64,000 nucleotides of DNA. It comes from Octopus vulgaris (taxonomy: Eukaryota). The translations under genes were made by a program, and so were the position numbers. The stretch covers positions 219,232,001 to 219,296,000 of the forward strand of contig OX597814.1 in NCBI GenBank assembly GCA_951406725.2, in the 5' to 3' direction. Under the pieces are notes generated by a model. That model was not told the DNA's origin and ran no database searches. It worked only from the letters and a program-made list of their open reading frames with translations. Of this stretch, positions 11,795 to 27,335 are shown piece by piece; within the stretch, counting starts at the first letter, position 1, and each line of letters begins with the position of its first letter.

Positions 11795-14565
11795 CAGTCC
11801 AGAGACTAGTAGATCAAGCTAATGCTATTAGAAGAAAGTGGATGACAGAATTTTAGTTAGAAGAAATCACAAGAGAACTGGAAAGGAAAGACCAGGCACA
11901 ATGAAAGATTAAAAAAGAGCAAACGTGGAAAAGGAGACTACAAAATAAAGTGAATACTTTAAGACAAGATCTGAGTAGAATAGAAGCCTGGAAAACAAAC
12001 AAGTTAAGAAACACAAGATGCAAATCTTGACTCGAGGAAAGATATTTAGTCAAAGAGAAAGGAATTGGGACAATAATAGAAGAGTTGAAACAGTGTGTCA
12101 TAGCAGTAGCGGCTAAGCTCTACAGACATCAGAAAAGAATAGTCCACTATCAACCGAATAAATTATTTGAGACAGACCAGAGGAGATTTTATAACCAAAT
12201 AGTGGAGAACGAATTACTGAAGATGAGAAACCTAATGCAGAGGAAGCTAGAAAGTTCTGGAGTAATATTTGGGATAAGTCAGCCAATCATAATAGTGGAG
12301 ATGCAGTAAGTTAAAAAAAGTGATGGTAGAAGTAGTGAGTGAGAAGCAGCCAGATTTAAGATTAACTAGTGCATTAATGAATAAAGTGTTAGGGAAAATG
12401 CCGAATTGGAAGGGCCCAGGAGCAGATTTAGTTCAAGAGTATTGGCTATAGAAATTCAGTAGTTTACTTGGGAGGCTGTGGGAGCAGCTTCAGGATTGCT
12501 TTAATGGAGGAATAATACCCGATTGGATGACGAGAGGGAGGAGAATATCATTATTAAGGATAAGAGCAAGGGTAATACAGCTAACAACTATAGACCAATT
12601 ACTTGCTTACAATTAGTGTGTAAGCTTTTAACAGGAATGCATTCAGAAAGCGTTTACAAACACCTTGATAACCAGAATTTATTGCAAGAAGAACAGGAAG
12701 GTTGCAGGGAGAGGGTAGAGGAACGCATGACCTATTATATATAGACAAAGCAATTCTACATGAAGTAAAAGGTAGAAAGAAAAATCTAACAATAGCATGG
12801 ATAGATTATAGGGAAGCCTATGACACAATCCCATTCTCACGGATAAGTGAATGTTTGAGTATATTCAGTATAACAGACAACATAAGAGAATTAATTAGCT
12901 TTAGCATGAAGAAATGTAAAGTAGATCTCTACTCAGGTGATTCAGTGTTATGGAAGGTTAATATCAAAAGGGGAATTTTCCAAGGGGACTCGTTGACCTC
13001 TTTAATATTTATCTTATTTTTGGTCCCTCTCAGTTTAGTATTAAGGAAGGCAAAGGCAGGGTATCAGTTCATAAATAGTAATGGAGAAATTAACCATTTG
13101 CTCTACATGGATGATCTGCAGCTTTTTAGTAAGAATGAAAAAGAAATAGATTCCTTAATACAGACTGTAAGACTCTTCAGTAAAGATATAGGCATGGAAT
13201 TTGGCATAGATAAGTGTGCAATACTAGTCATGAGAAGGGGACAGGTAGTCAACAGCGAAGGCATCCAATTACCAGATGGTCAGACATTAAAATAATTTAA
13301 AGGAGAAGTGAGAGTTATAAGTATCTAGGAGTATTCGAATCTGACAGAGTACTAACTACAGAAATGAAAACGAAAATTGTGGAGTATATCAGAAAGGTGA
13401 GGAAGCTCATGAAATCAAAGCTAAATGGTCCGAATCTAGTGAAGGATGTAAATATTTGGGTAGTATTATTACTTAGATACTGAGCAGCTTTTGAAGATTG
13501 GACAAAAACTGAATTAGCAAAGCTAGACATAACTAGGAAGGAATTTAATATGAATTGAGGACTCCACCCAAGGGCAGGAGTAGGAAGATTATACTTATCT
13601 AGAAAGGAAGGTGGAAGAAGGTTAATATCAGTAGAAGACTGCATGGATTTAGCTAGAGTAGATATAGACTGCTATGTAGGTAATAGTGTAGAAAGTTTAT
13701 TAAAAGCTGCTAGAGTCACAGCAAGACATAGGGAAACCAAAACACCATACGAACTTAAAAACCAGAAAAAAGAACAGAAATTATCTAACTGGCAGAAGAA
13801 GGTTGCATGGCAGATTCCAAAAGATAATTTCAGCAAATAGTAGTAGTGGGACATGGTTATGGTTGCAGAAAGGAAAGCTGAAGAGGGAGAAGGAAGTTTG
13901 TTAGTAGCGGCATAAGATCAAGCATTAAGGACTAATTGAATAAAAGCCAAGATAGACAAAAACCAAGTTGATTCTCAAGGTAGATTATGCAAATCAAAAG
14001 AGGAAAGCGTTACTCATATAGTAAGTAAATGTATCACGCTGGCATAGAAAGAATACAAGAAAAGACCTGACAATCCAGGGAGAGTAATCCACTGGGAGCT
14101 ATGTAGAAAGCTAGGATTTGAACATACTTATAAATGGTATGAACATGAACCTAGTAAAGTACTAGAAAGTAAGAAATATAAGAAGTTGTGGGACTTTACC
14201 ATTCAGACTGACAGAGTAATAGAAGCTAGAAAGCTTGATTTAGTAGTAGTAGATAAAGAGAATAGAAAATGCCAGATAATTGACTTTACAGTACCAAATG
14301 ATGGAAAAATCTATATAAGAAGTATAGAAAAAATAGCAAAGTACTAGAACCTAGCTACGGAACTACAGAGGCTATGGAAAGTGCGGGTAAAATGTATCCT
14401 AGTAGCTATAGGTGCATTGGGAATTATCCCTAAAGATCTGAACTGATGGATAGAGGAAATAGGCGTAAAACCCAATTTAGTACAGCTGCAGAAAACAGTG
14501 TTATTAGGGACAGCTAGGCTACTTAAGAGGGTTCTTGGCATCAAAGGCTACTTACTGTAACCCAG
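11795..14565 (+). mobile_element. Degenerate RLE-type non-LTR retrotransposon (R4/Dong-like)
   Basis: NNYRPITCL, AWIDYREAYD, RGIFQGDSL, LLYMDDLQLF; decayed CCHC knuckle near 13980-14030; LWDFTIQTD...DLVVVD endonuclease region near 14190-14250; many stops. Confidence 0.88.
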
Positions 14566-14571
14566 TAGGAG

Positions 14572-15097
14572 GATTCAAACTGACAGAAAGGTAGATGCGA
14601 ATAGGCCAGACATTATATTGAAGAACTTCAGACAAAAGTTCTAACTTCTCATCGATATGACTGTCCCAATCGACATAAATGTATCAATCAAGAGCAACCA
14701 AAAACAGAGCAAGTATAAAATCTTGAAATAGTAATTGGCAAAATGTGAAACCTGAAGACTAAAACATTACCTGTTGTCACGGGTGCATTAAGAATGACAG
14801 CAAAAGAGGATGATTGTTACCTACTTCAGATACCAGGAAATCCAAAAATGGCAAAAATCTAAAAAATAGTGCTCGTGGGAACTGTCCATATCCTACGTAA
14901 AATACTATCTATGTAATCTCAAATTTTAAAACAATCTTATAACTTTCTTATGTTTTCTTAATCTTTCTCTAGAACAATACTTTGTGCAAAACCAAATATA
15001 TGGCACACTAGTCTTAACACCAGCTTGGGCTTCTAATTTATGTCTCTTGAGATCTCTGGAGTCAACTTGTATAAATACAAAACAAAAGTCAAACATA

Positions 15098-15120
<23 letters not shown>
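14572..15120 (+). mobile_element. 3'-end fragment of a second R4/Dong-like family with 3' UTR and (TAC)n tail
   Basis: IQTDRKVDANRPDII remnant; 14760-15096 homologous to 16880-17227. Confidence 0.78.
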
Positions 15121-15129
<9 letters not shown>

Positions 15130-15665
15130 TGTTATCATGTACATTGTTTTGTCTTGGTATAAAAGATGGGCTTCAGCAAATATTCTGCTCAATGCCACAG
15201 ATTTGCTTGTCAGTTGTTTGACCTTAACCAGTTGAGTATGTCCCTTGGTGGCTGACGATATGTGTATCTTTGATCACGAGCAGAAGTTGTGTGGGATCAT
15301 CATAGCCATGTGTTGAGAGGAATTCTTTGGGGTTTGGATAATTCACCTCTGGAAACATGGGTGGTTCTTTCAACATCCTTAAACAACCCTTATTCAGGGA
15401 CCTTTTGAGTGGGATGGGCTACTCGACCTGAAGAAAATTCTAACTGGGTCCCACCTGCAAGGTCATGTACTGTTTATCTTGATATGAGATCACCATGTCG
15501 CGCACATATGGCTGTGATGCATGTGCCTGGTGTACCCTCATCATACGGGTAGTCATGATGGGTATACTGGGCTTCGTATATTTTACCCCAGTGTCACTTT
15601 GATGGCATGCACTGCTCTTTCACTCAATAACAACAACAGCAACAACAACAACAACAATAATAATA
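15130..15665 (+). mobile_element. Non-coding interspersed element (5'-truncated copy) with (AAC/AAT)n tail
   Basis: High similarity to reverse complement of 59111-59605. Confidence 0.8.
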
Positions 15666-17226
15666 AAGAAAATCAAATAGATGAAGAAATCACACAGAAA
15701 TTGACCCAACTGAACTACACGATCTGAAAAATCAAATCATGATTGAGTGGCTGAAAATTAAAGAAACCAGTGTGGATGAATGTGATACACTCCCTAAAAT
15801 CCGCAAATCTAACCAAAACATGAAAATAATTGGTAAAATCCGGCTTGCACTTAAGGATATAATTTCAGCTAATGATGTTGATATTACAGATCTAGTCCAC
15901 CTGTACTATGCATCTGCGAAAATCTCAACGATTCTATGTGGTGAAAAGAAAGGCGGCGAGCTAGCAGAAACGTTAGCACGCTGGGCGAAATGCGTAGCTG
16001 TATTTCGTCTGTCGTCACGTTCCGAGTTCAAATTCCGCCGAGGTCGACTTCGCCTTTCATCCTTTCGGGGTCGATAAATTAAGTACCAGTTACACACTGG
16101 GGTCGATATAATCGACTTAATCCGTTTGTCTGTCCTTGTTTGTCCCCACTGTGTTTAGCCCCTTGTGGGTAGTAAAGAAATATATGTGGTGAAAAGATTA
16201 GAAAACGACAAGATTCCCACAAAAAGCCTATTTGGTAAGAGCGTATTCAACACCAAATTCGGCTACTTAGGTCTGACATAGAATGTCTAAAAAACCTTAA
16301 GTTTGGCAAGACTGTCAAAGACCAGCAAAAATTCGAAAATTAAAGAAAAAATATAATAGGAAAATCATAATTGACATCGACGCCACCATAGAAACCATCA
16401 AGCAAAAGGTATGTGCTAAAGTTGCCCGCATAGTAAGGTATGAAAAGCTCGTTAGATCCTTCAAAGATAACAACACGTTCAAAAATAACCCAGAATTTTA
16501 CAGGAAGATAGAGAAAATACCAGTTAGAGTAAAGTCTGTCACATCAAAAGAAGTGCAAGAATTTTGGAATAATATTGGGACAGAAGAAAAAACACAATGA
16601 AAAGGCCCCTTGGATTGATAGAATATCTACTGATTTAGGCTCCTTCGAAGAGCAAAAGTGGGAGGGTATCAAGGTAGAGGATGTAAGACCTGCTCTCAGG
16701 AAGTGAAGCAAATGGAAGTTTCCAGGAAAGGATAAAACTCCTGACTTCTGGTTGAATGCTTTCCCAGAGAGCCGTGAACAGCTAACCAAATTTTACAACA
16801 ATGTTTTGCAAGAACATAACATGATTCCCTCTTGGCAAGTTAATGGTGTTACATTACATGATAATGTGGAAAATGTTGCAAAAACAATACCTGTTGTTAT
16901 AGGTTCCCTAGGAATGATAGCAAAAGGGACTGATTCCTACCTAGCTCAGATACCAGGAAACCCCAAAATGACAGAAATTTTTAAAATAGTGGTCATAGGA
17001 ACTGCCCATTTCCTACGTAAAATATTGTCTATGTAATCTCAAATTTTAAAGCAAACTTATAACTTTCTTATGTTTTCTTAAACATTCTCTAGAACAATAC
17101 TTTGTGCAAAACCAAATATACGACATCCTAGGCATAGCACCAACATGGACTTCTAACTTGTCTCTTGAGGTCTTTGGGTGGAACTTGGAGTCAACTTGTA
17201 CAAATACAAAGCAAAAGTCAAACATG

Positions 17227-17227
<1 letters not shown>
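15666..17227 (+). mobile_element. Internally deleted or chimeric R4/Dong-like element (N-terminal region joined to extreme 3' end)
   Basis: Pre-RT motifs (EFWNNI, WKFPGKDK...FWL) at 16550-16760 run into KTIPVVIGSLG...GTAHFLRKIL at ~16880, then 3' UTR and (AAT)n. Confidence 0.65.
15950..16182 (+). mobile_element. Family A SINE, full length
   Basis: 15-bp TSD tatgtggtgaaaaga at 15935-15949 and 16183-16197. Confidence 0.92.
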
Positions 17228-17409
<182 letters not shown>

Positions 17410-19392
17410 GGCCTCAGTATGGCCTGGATTGACTACAAAAAGGCGTTTGATAGCATCCCCCACACATGGATCCTCGAAACACTAGCCATTAACAAAGTAG
17501 CACCAACAATCATAAAATTCATAGAGCACTCTATGAATAAATGGCAAACAGTCCGACACCTCCAAACAAAAGAGGGACTCATGAAAACCAAAGACATCCC
17601 CATTAGAAGAGGAATATTCCAGGGAGACACGCTCTCTCTACTCCTTTTCTGCTTGGCACTGTCACCTCTATCTGATATGCTAAATAGAACTGGATGTGGA
17701 TATAAATGTTACGGCAAAACGATCAGCCACCTTTTATATATGGATGACCTAAAACTATACGCTGCAAATGACAAACAGCTGGAAACACTATTAAAGACAG
17801 TTCATGGATTTACCAAAGAAATAGATATGAAATTTAGATTAGAAAAATGCGCCAAAGTAACCATGAAAAGAGGAAAACTAGTTAAGAGTAACAACATCAC
17901 ACTAGATAAAACCAATGAAATAAAAGAATTAGACCAAAGCCAAACTTACAAATACTTAGGAATCCATGAACTAGATAAGACACAACACACACAAATGAAA
18001 GAGAAAATAAAATAAAAAAAGAATATTATAGACGAGTTAGATCAATACTAAACACAGAGCTCAATGCTAAAAACAAGATAATAGGTATCAACACTTTAGC
18101 TGTCCCAGTTATAAGTTACAGCTACAATATCCTTAACTGGACACGAAATGAACTGACCAAAATAGATAGCAAAACAAGAAAAATAATGACAGGATCTAGG
18201 ATGCATCACCCAAAATCTGACATAGAAAGACTATATATACAACGTATAGAAGGTGGTAGAGGCCTTATACAGCTGGAAAACTACTATAAAATAACCACCA
18301 TAGGACTGCAAAAATATCTACTTCAGAAGGAAGGAAAACTGATCCAGATAGCGGCAAAACACGAGCAAAACAAAAAACTGTTCTCAGTATTTAAGGAAGC
18401 TGACAAATACAAACAAGAAATCATACCACCTAATAAACATGAAGAAGAAGAAGATGAAGAAACAACAAAAGCTATAAAACAAATGAAATCCAAACTAAAA
18501 ATAGAACAGCAACGAACCATGATAAAACGATGGCAAGAAAAGCCCCTTCATGGTAAATACTGGACTAAACTTAACGCAAAAGAAATAGACAAAGAAAAAT
18601 CCCAGCAATGGTTGAGAAGCTCAGGACTCAAAGCAGAAACAGAGGGATTTTTAATTGCAGCACAAGACCAAAGCCTCCCCACCAGAAATTACCAAAAACA
18701 TGTAATGAAAAGAAATATTACAAATAACTGCAGAATATGTGGAGATGGACAAGAAACAATAAATCATATTATCTCTAGCTGCCCAGTCCTGGCTAAGAAG
18801 GAATATATTCACAGACATGACAGAGTTGGAACCTACATACATTGGAAGCTATGCCAACATTATGGAATAACAACAGAAAAAAGATCGTATAGGCACACAC
18901 CAGAAAAGGTCACAGAAAACGAGAAAGCAACCATACTCTGGGATATGCCGATACACACAGATAGAGAAATTAAGGCCAACAGACCAGATATAGTTGTCAG
19001 AGATCATGAAAAAAAAAATGCTTTCTAATTGATGTATCAATACCGGCTGATGACAACGTGTCTCTAAAAGAAATGGAGAAACTTTCAAAATACAAAGACC
19101 TGGAAATAGAGGTAACTAGAATGTGGAATCTGAAAACAGAAACAATTCCTATCATAGTAGGTGCATTAGGCATGATAAAAAAATATTCAGACAAATACAT
19201 AACAAAAACACCAGGACTTACAAACACATATAACATACAGAAAATTGCACTACTAGGCACTGCACACATCCTACGCAGAACACTTTCCATACAATAACCA
19301 TCAGAGCATCACAACAAATCACAGCACATACCCAAGGCACACAGAGCTGCGCTCGGTAGTGAAGTGAAAGCACGCTATAAAAATAAAACTAT

Positions 19393-19393
<1 letters not shown>
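17410..19393 (+). mobile_element. Young 5'-truncated R4/Dong-like non-LTR retrotransposon inserted in (AAT)n
   Basis: RT AWIDYKKAFDSIPH, RGIFQGD, LLYMDDLKLY; CCHC CRICGDGQETINHIISSC; RHD; RLE NRPDIVV...EMEKLSKY; (AAT)n on both sides; frame breaks only at A-rich tracts (~18010, ~19015). Confidence 0.93.

Positions 19394-19477
<84 letters not shown>
19394..19477. repeat. (AAT)n microsatellite
   Basis: Directly visible. Confidence 0.98.
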
Positions 19478-20092
<615 letters not shown>

Positions 20093-20409
20093 TGTCAAGA
20101 AGAGTAGCTATTAAATCAGCATTTTAAACGATGTCTTCACTTGACAATCATTTCATGGCGCTTCTTAAATGAATGTCGGCTCTCGCTCATAGTAATGGCC
20201 ATAGTCTTGCATAAACATAATCTGCAGCTACGTCCAGCTGATTGATAGGTAGAAATGATAGGGTAGAAATGATAAGTAACAATCCCTTTCGATTTTAATT
20301 TAAAGATTTATGCAGGTATGGAGATATAAAGTCGCTTATTAGTAAACGATTTATGATGCATACCGAGCTGGCTTATAAACAAAGCCGGTTGTAGGATCTG
20401 TAGGATATT

Positions 20410-20822
20410 GGTTTCAAATTTTGGCACAAGGCCAGCAAGTTTTGGGAAGAATTTGAGTCGATTACATTGACCCCAGTGCTTAACTGGTGCTTATTTTATC
20501 GACCCCGAAAGGATGAAAAGCAAAGTAGACTGCGGCGGAATTAGAACTCAGAACGTAATGGCGGACGTAATACCGCTAAGCAATAGAGAATTAACATTAG
20601 TGACGAACTTAAGGCGGCAAGCTGGCAGAATCGTTAGAAAGTCGGGCAACATGCTTAGCAGCTTTTCGCCCGTCTTCATGTTTCCAGTTCAAATTCCGCT
20701 GAGGTCGACTTTAGCTTTCATTCTTTTGGAGTCGATAAAATAAGTACAGTTGAGTACTGGGCTCTATATAATTGACTTATCCCCTCCCTGAATTCACTGG
20801 CCTTGTGCCAAAATTTGAAACC
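20410..20822. mobile_element. Head-to-head pair of family A-related SINEs (minus 20410-20582, plus 20612-20822); duplicated at ~32408-32819
   Basis: ggtttcaaattttggcacaaggccag at left is the reverse complement of ctggccttgtgccaaaatttgaaacc at right. Confidence 0.8.
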
Positions 20823-22329
20823 AAGATAAGAGGGGTAATGGGTTATAAACATTAAATCCAGTTTATCAGGTGCTGCTTGGTCGATAATGGAGATAGTTTT
20901 ACTTACATTGCAATTACTAGAATCTGTCCTACATTTTATTGCGGCTTTTGCAGGGACATTCCACCAATACTCTTTCATATTATGAGTGGCTTCGGTCTCT
21001 CCCACATTGTGGGTTCTTATCTCTTTGGCTTCAGAATTATGCTTCCGACGGATCGCATTGTGCATTTCATCCGATGATATGTTGCAGTAGTTATGCAACT
21101 TCTTTGGGCATGTATTCGATGTTATCAGAGAGAAAATATTTCTCGAGGAGCTGCTTTCTCAGTCTCATGATGTCCTCTGCTTTGTGTATGTAAGCTTGAT
21201 CAATGAATGCAATTCGACACTTGTTGACAAAGGGATATAATGTAACATTCAAAAGGTGTCTGGATCGATGTTACACTTCAGCAAGAACAAAGAGTTAAAC
21301 TAAAATGTAAAACCAAAGAAAAAAGCCCAGAAAGTCATATTACTGAACTAAAGCTTCATCAACATCAAAATTAAAAGAATATATGACCATTCCTCAATAC
21401 TAGCAGAATTGATGACCTATTAAACTCCACAATTACGGGCCCTTCACAGTCAAAATTCCTCATTTCCTCTGAATAACACATCATCATCCTCATTGCTATC
21501 TTGGTCTACTGCTATGACTCTTGCCACAAGAAGGTCAACGAGCACAGTCATTGCTCATTACTAGTACAATTGATAACCTATTAAATAATACACTCCCTGG
21601 CTCTTCTTCACGGTCAGGCTTTTCAAATTTCTCATTCTCTCAGAATAGCACGAAAGATCCATCATCAGCATTGTCATCGTATTCTACGATTACAACCGTT
21701 GTCACAACTACAACTCCAATTCGTGAAGGATCACTCTTTTCTCCTCCCCACTGTCAGCCTCAATTCGAATGTATACCCAACAGCTACGTGATAAATCTGC
21801 TAACTATAAACAAAGTAAAATCTACGAACACATGAAACCCCAGAAATATGCCGCTATTCTCAATGCAAAAAACTATGCATTCGCTGTAACTGCAGCTTCA
21901 CCCATTTACTTGGGACACTATGCACAATTCATACAAGCAATACCGGCTCACGTCGAAGCACACATCATACAACACTACCATCACCACCAAATACTAAATC
22001 ACGCTTAATAGTTTCTACACATGTAATCCAGAATCCTAAAATCTGCTGCTATTTCCAACCAGAAAGATTATGTCTGAAGCGTGTCTGTCCTTTCACTCAT
22101 CTTCCAGGGACTCGATGCACTATTAAAAGTATGACTCCAAGCCACCGGAAATCCATAGTAGAAACATCCTTTACAGTGACTGTGTTAGTCCAGACTTTCA
22201 CTGAAACCCAGAAGTCACTGAATACAATGGTAAAATCAACAGGCGCCAATAATATAACTGTCTTCAGCTGTGCAACTATAACAACTTCAGATAACAATAA
22301 AATAAAATTTTTTTGGTTAGTCACGATGA

Positions 22330-23522
22330 ATCTGGCAAAAGAATTTTAAGGTCTATCATACATCACAAATCGAGCAAAAGTATCACATCTTAGAAGCTTT
22401 GCACATCGAGAAAAGACGATATGTGTAGTACTAAGTAAGACACCCCTGACCTCAGACATATTGGATGTAGAAGTACCTATGTCAGATTATGTACTACACA
22501 GAACTTACCACAGAATAAGGAAACAAGGAGAAATAGCGATCTTCATCCAAAAAGATTTGGCAACAAATGTCCTCTCCCACTCCAACACGTCTGCGATACA
22601 CTATTAATAATTCATGTGATCGACTTCACTTTGACCAAAAGCATTACCTACCATCCTCCTGACGCAGCAAATCACAGAGGTCACTTCAGATATACTTTGT
22701 CGCTCGTAAGTCAAACCCCAAATGAGGTCAGCCCACTGGCCAATGTACTTTAAATAGCAGACTTAAATTTTCCTAGTCTCAACTAGCCTGAGAGTTATGT
22801 CTGTCCTGGAATATGATATGAATTATCTTCTCTGGATATGAATTATCTAGTCTACACCTCTAAAGCCTTTCTCATGTAACAAATCATTGCTCGTCCAGCT
22901 GGGGGAAATAACATACTTGACCTAGTCTTTACCACCAATACAGACTCCGTTCGCAATCTTCAGGTCATTCCCACAGCTATTTCCGACTATAACATTATAC
23001 AATTATCTGTATGTGGTTCAAAGAGGTCAACACGCACGAATAACACCAAACATGACTCGCTCCTTATGAACTTGAATTCCAGGAAGGCCAAGTGGGAGAA
23101 AATCGAAACTGAAACACTCGAAACCAACAGGTCTCTGCATATAGGCGACCTCAGTGTTAACAAGAGAATGAAGTTTCTGTGCAAAGAGTTAATCTGTCGA
23201 AAGCACGCCCCATATAAACATGCCTATCCTCGAAAGAATTTGATTCCATCAGATGACGGATATTAATGTGTAACAGAGACAAACCAACAAAACAATTAAA
23301 AAAAGAACTCTCCCAAAAGATGAGTTGGAATAAAAAAAAAACGAAGAAAATAAAGAACATCAAACTGGACCTAAAACTATTTTATTAAAAGGGAACTTAG
23401 TTAAGAGAACACCGAACAGTGGGAAATAGAAATATATTCCTAAGTTCTTTTTCCACTTTGCTAAATAAAAATCAGCTACTCATAACCAGATTGGATCCCT
23501 AATTGATGAAAATAGATCATAT
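22330..23522 (+). mobile_element. CR1/L2-like LINE endonuclease remnant (duplicated at ~34330-35530)
   Basis: Decayed APE motifs ADLNFP (GDFN-like, ~22757), NILDLVFT (~22909), SDYNII (~22982); 22980-23520 is the same sequence that continues into RT at 44442-46750. Confidence 0.65.
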
Positions 23523-24183
23523 GAGTGGAGGAGCTGCACTCTGTTGTAACCAAAGTTCAGTATCAAGGACCGGGTATTCTATTGTTAGGGGCCTAGTGGG
23601 GTAATCTATAGCTCCCTTGATACTTTTGGTAGATGCTGGATGCTCTCCATTATGCTACACTCGGTTTCTACATTGCAATTACTAGAATCTGTCCTACATT
23701 TTATTGCGGCTGTGACATTATTGGTAGATATGCTCTTAGTCTGGTTTAGCGTTCTTACCTTTCACAACCACACAAGAACATTTTGTCCTGACTAAACTCC
23801 AATCTTATATCCTTTGAGATTGTTGTAATTAGGTGTATACTCTTTTTTTGCATTTCATGCATATTTTTGACATACAGCTTCCAATCATCCACAAAGAAGC
23901 CGTGTGTAATGTTCGTATTTCTGTGAATCGATGAGATACTCTTCAGACTTCCTCAACATGAACGACAAGGAGTTTACTGAAAATATGAAGAGTATCACCG
24001 AGAGACGCTCTCATTCTCTGCGAGGCTGTAGTTTATCAGTGATAATACAAACAGTTCTCGTATTTAACTTCAAGATGGTGGCTCAGGACGAAGTCAGATG
24101 GGCTATGGCTACGATTATGTTCTCTGGAACTTTAATAAATCAAAAGGCCTCTAGCATCTACGAGTGGAGGACAGAGTCAAGAG

Positions 24184-25075
24184 CATACATACATACACAC
24201 ACACACATAGATACATACATACATACATACATACGCACATACATACATACACACATACATACACACATACATACACACATACACACATACATACACACAT
24301 ACATACACACAAACACATACATACATACATATATACATACATACATACACACATACATACACACATACATACACACATACACACATACATACACACATAC
24401 ATACACACATACATACATACATACACACACACATACATACATACATACATACACACATACATACACACATACACACATACATACACACATACATACATAC
24501 ACATATACATACATACACACATACATACATACATACACACACATACATACATACACACATACATACACACATACATACACACACATTCATACATACACAC
24601 ATACATACATACATACATGCACTCATACATACATACATACATACATACATACAAACATGCATACATATATACACACATACATACATACACACATACACAC
24701 ATACACACATACATACACACATACATACACACATATATACATACATACACACAAACACATACATACATACATATATACATACATACATACACACATACAT
24801 ACACACATACATACACACATACACACATACATACACACATACATACACACATACATACATACATACACACACACATACATACATACATACATACACACAT
24901 ACATACACACATACACACATACATACACACATACATACATACACATATACATACATACACACATACATACATACATACACACACATACATACATACACAC
25001 ATACATACACACATACATACACACACATTCATACATACACACATACATACATACATACATGCACTCATACATACA

Positions 25076-25107
<32 letters not shown>

Positions 25108-27335
25108 CATATATACACACATACATACATACACACATACACACATACACACATACATACACACATACATACATACACACATACATACACACATACATAC
25201 ATACATACATACATACATACACACACACATACATACATACATACACACATACATACACACATACACACATACATACACACATACATACATACACACATAC
25301 ATACACACATACATACATACATACACACATACATACATACACACATACATACACACATACATACATACATACATACACATACATACATACACATACATAC
25401 ACACATACATACACACACATTCATACATACACACATACATACATACACACATACATACACACATACATACACACATACACACATACATACACACATACAT
25501 ACACACATATATACATACACACATCATACATACATACACACATGCATACATACATACATACATACATACATACATACATACATACATACATACATACATA
25601 CATACATACACACATTGATACATACACACATACACACACACATACATACACACAAACATACATACATACATACTTACACACGTACATACACACATACACA
25701 CACATACACACATACATACATACATATATACATACATACATACACACATACATACATACATACATACATACATACATACATACATACACACATACATACA
25801 TACACACATACATACATACATACACACATACATACACACATACATACATACATACACACATACATACATACACACATACATACACACATACATACATACA
25901 TACATACACACACATACATACATAAATACATACACACATACATACACACATACATATATACACACATACATATATACACACATACATACACACATACATA
26001 CATATATACATACACACACACACATACATACATACATCCATACATGCACACACACATACATACACACATACATACACACACATTCATACATACACACATA
26101 CATACATACATACATACATACATACACACACACATACATACATACATACATACACACATACATACACACACATTCATACATACACACATACATACATACA
26201 TACATACATACATACATACACACACATACACACATACACACATACATACATACATACATACATACATACATACATACATACATACATACATAAATACATA
26301 CATACATACACACACATACACACACACTTACACACTTACACACATACATACATACATACATACATACATACATACATACATGCATACATACATACATACT
26401 TACACATATACATACACACATACATACACACATAGATACATACATACACACACATACATAAATACATACATACACACATACATACATACATACACGCATT
26501 CATACATACATACATTCACACACATATATACATACATACATACACACATACACACATACATACATACATACATACATACATACACACATACATACATACA
26601 TACATACATACATACACACATACATACACACATACATACATACATACACACGTACATACATACATACACACATACACACATACATACATACATACATACA
26701 TACATAATACATACATACACACATACATACATACATACATATATACATACATACACACATACACACATACATACATACATACATCCATACACACATACAT
26801 ACATACATACATACATACACATACATACACACATACATACATACATACACACGTACATACATACATACACACATACATACATACATACATACATACATAC
26901 ATACACACATACATACATACATACATACATACACATACATACATACACACATACATACATACATATACACACACATACACACATACATACATACATATAC
27001 ACATACATACATACATACACACACACATACACACACATACAGACACACATACATACACACATACATACATGCACTCATACATACACACATACACACATAC
27101 ATACACACATACATACATACACACATACATACATACATACACACACACATACATACATACATACAAACACATACATACATTCATACATACATACATACAT
27201 ACGTACATACATACACACATACATACATACATACATACATACATACACATACATACATACATACATACATACATACACACATACATACATACATACAAAC
27301 ACACACACATACATACATACATACATACATACACG
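24184..27335. repeat. ~3.1-kb (TACA)n/(CA)n compound satellite
   Basis: Directly visible. Confidence 0.98.

Noticed and set aside
21521-22349. Ser/Thr-rich short ORFs (duplicated at 33502-34351) as host exons
   Set aside because: No recognisable domain or splice structure; they lie just upstream of the CR1-like endonuclease remnant and may be decayed LINE 5' sequence
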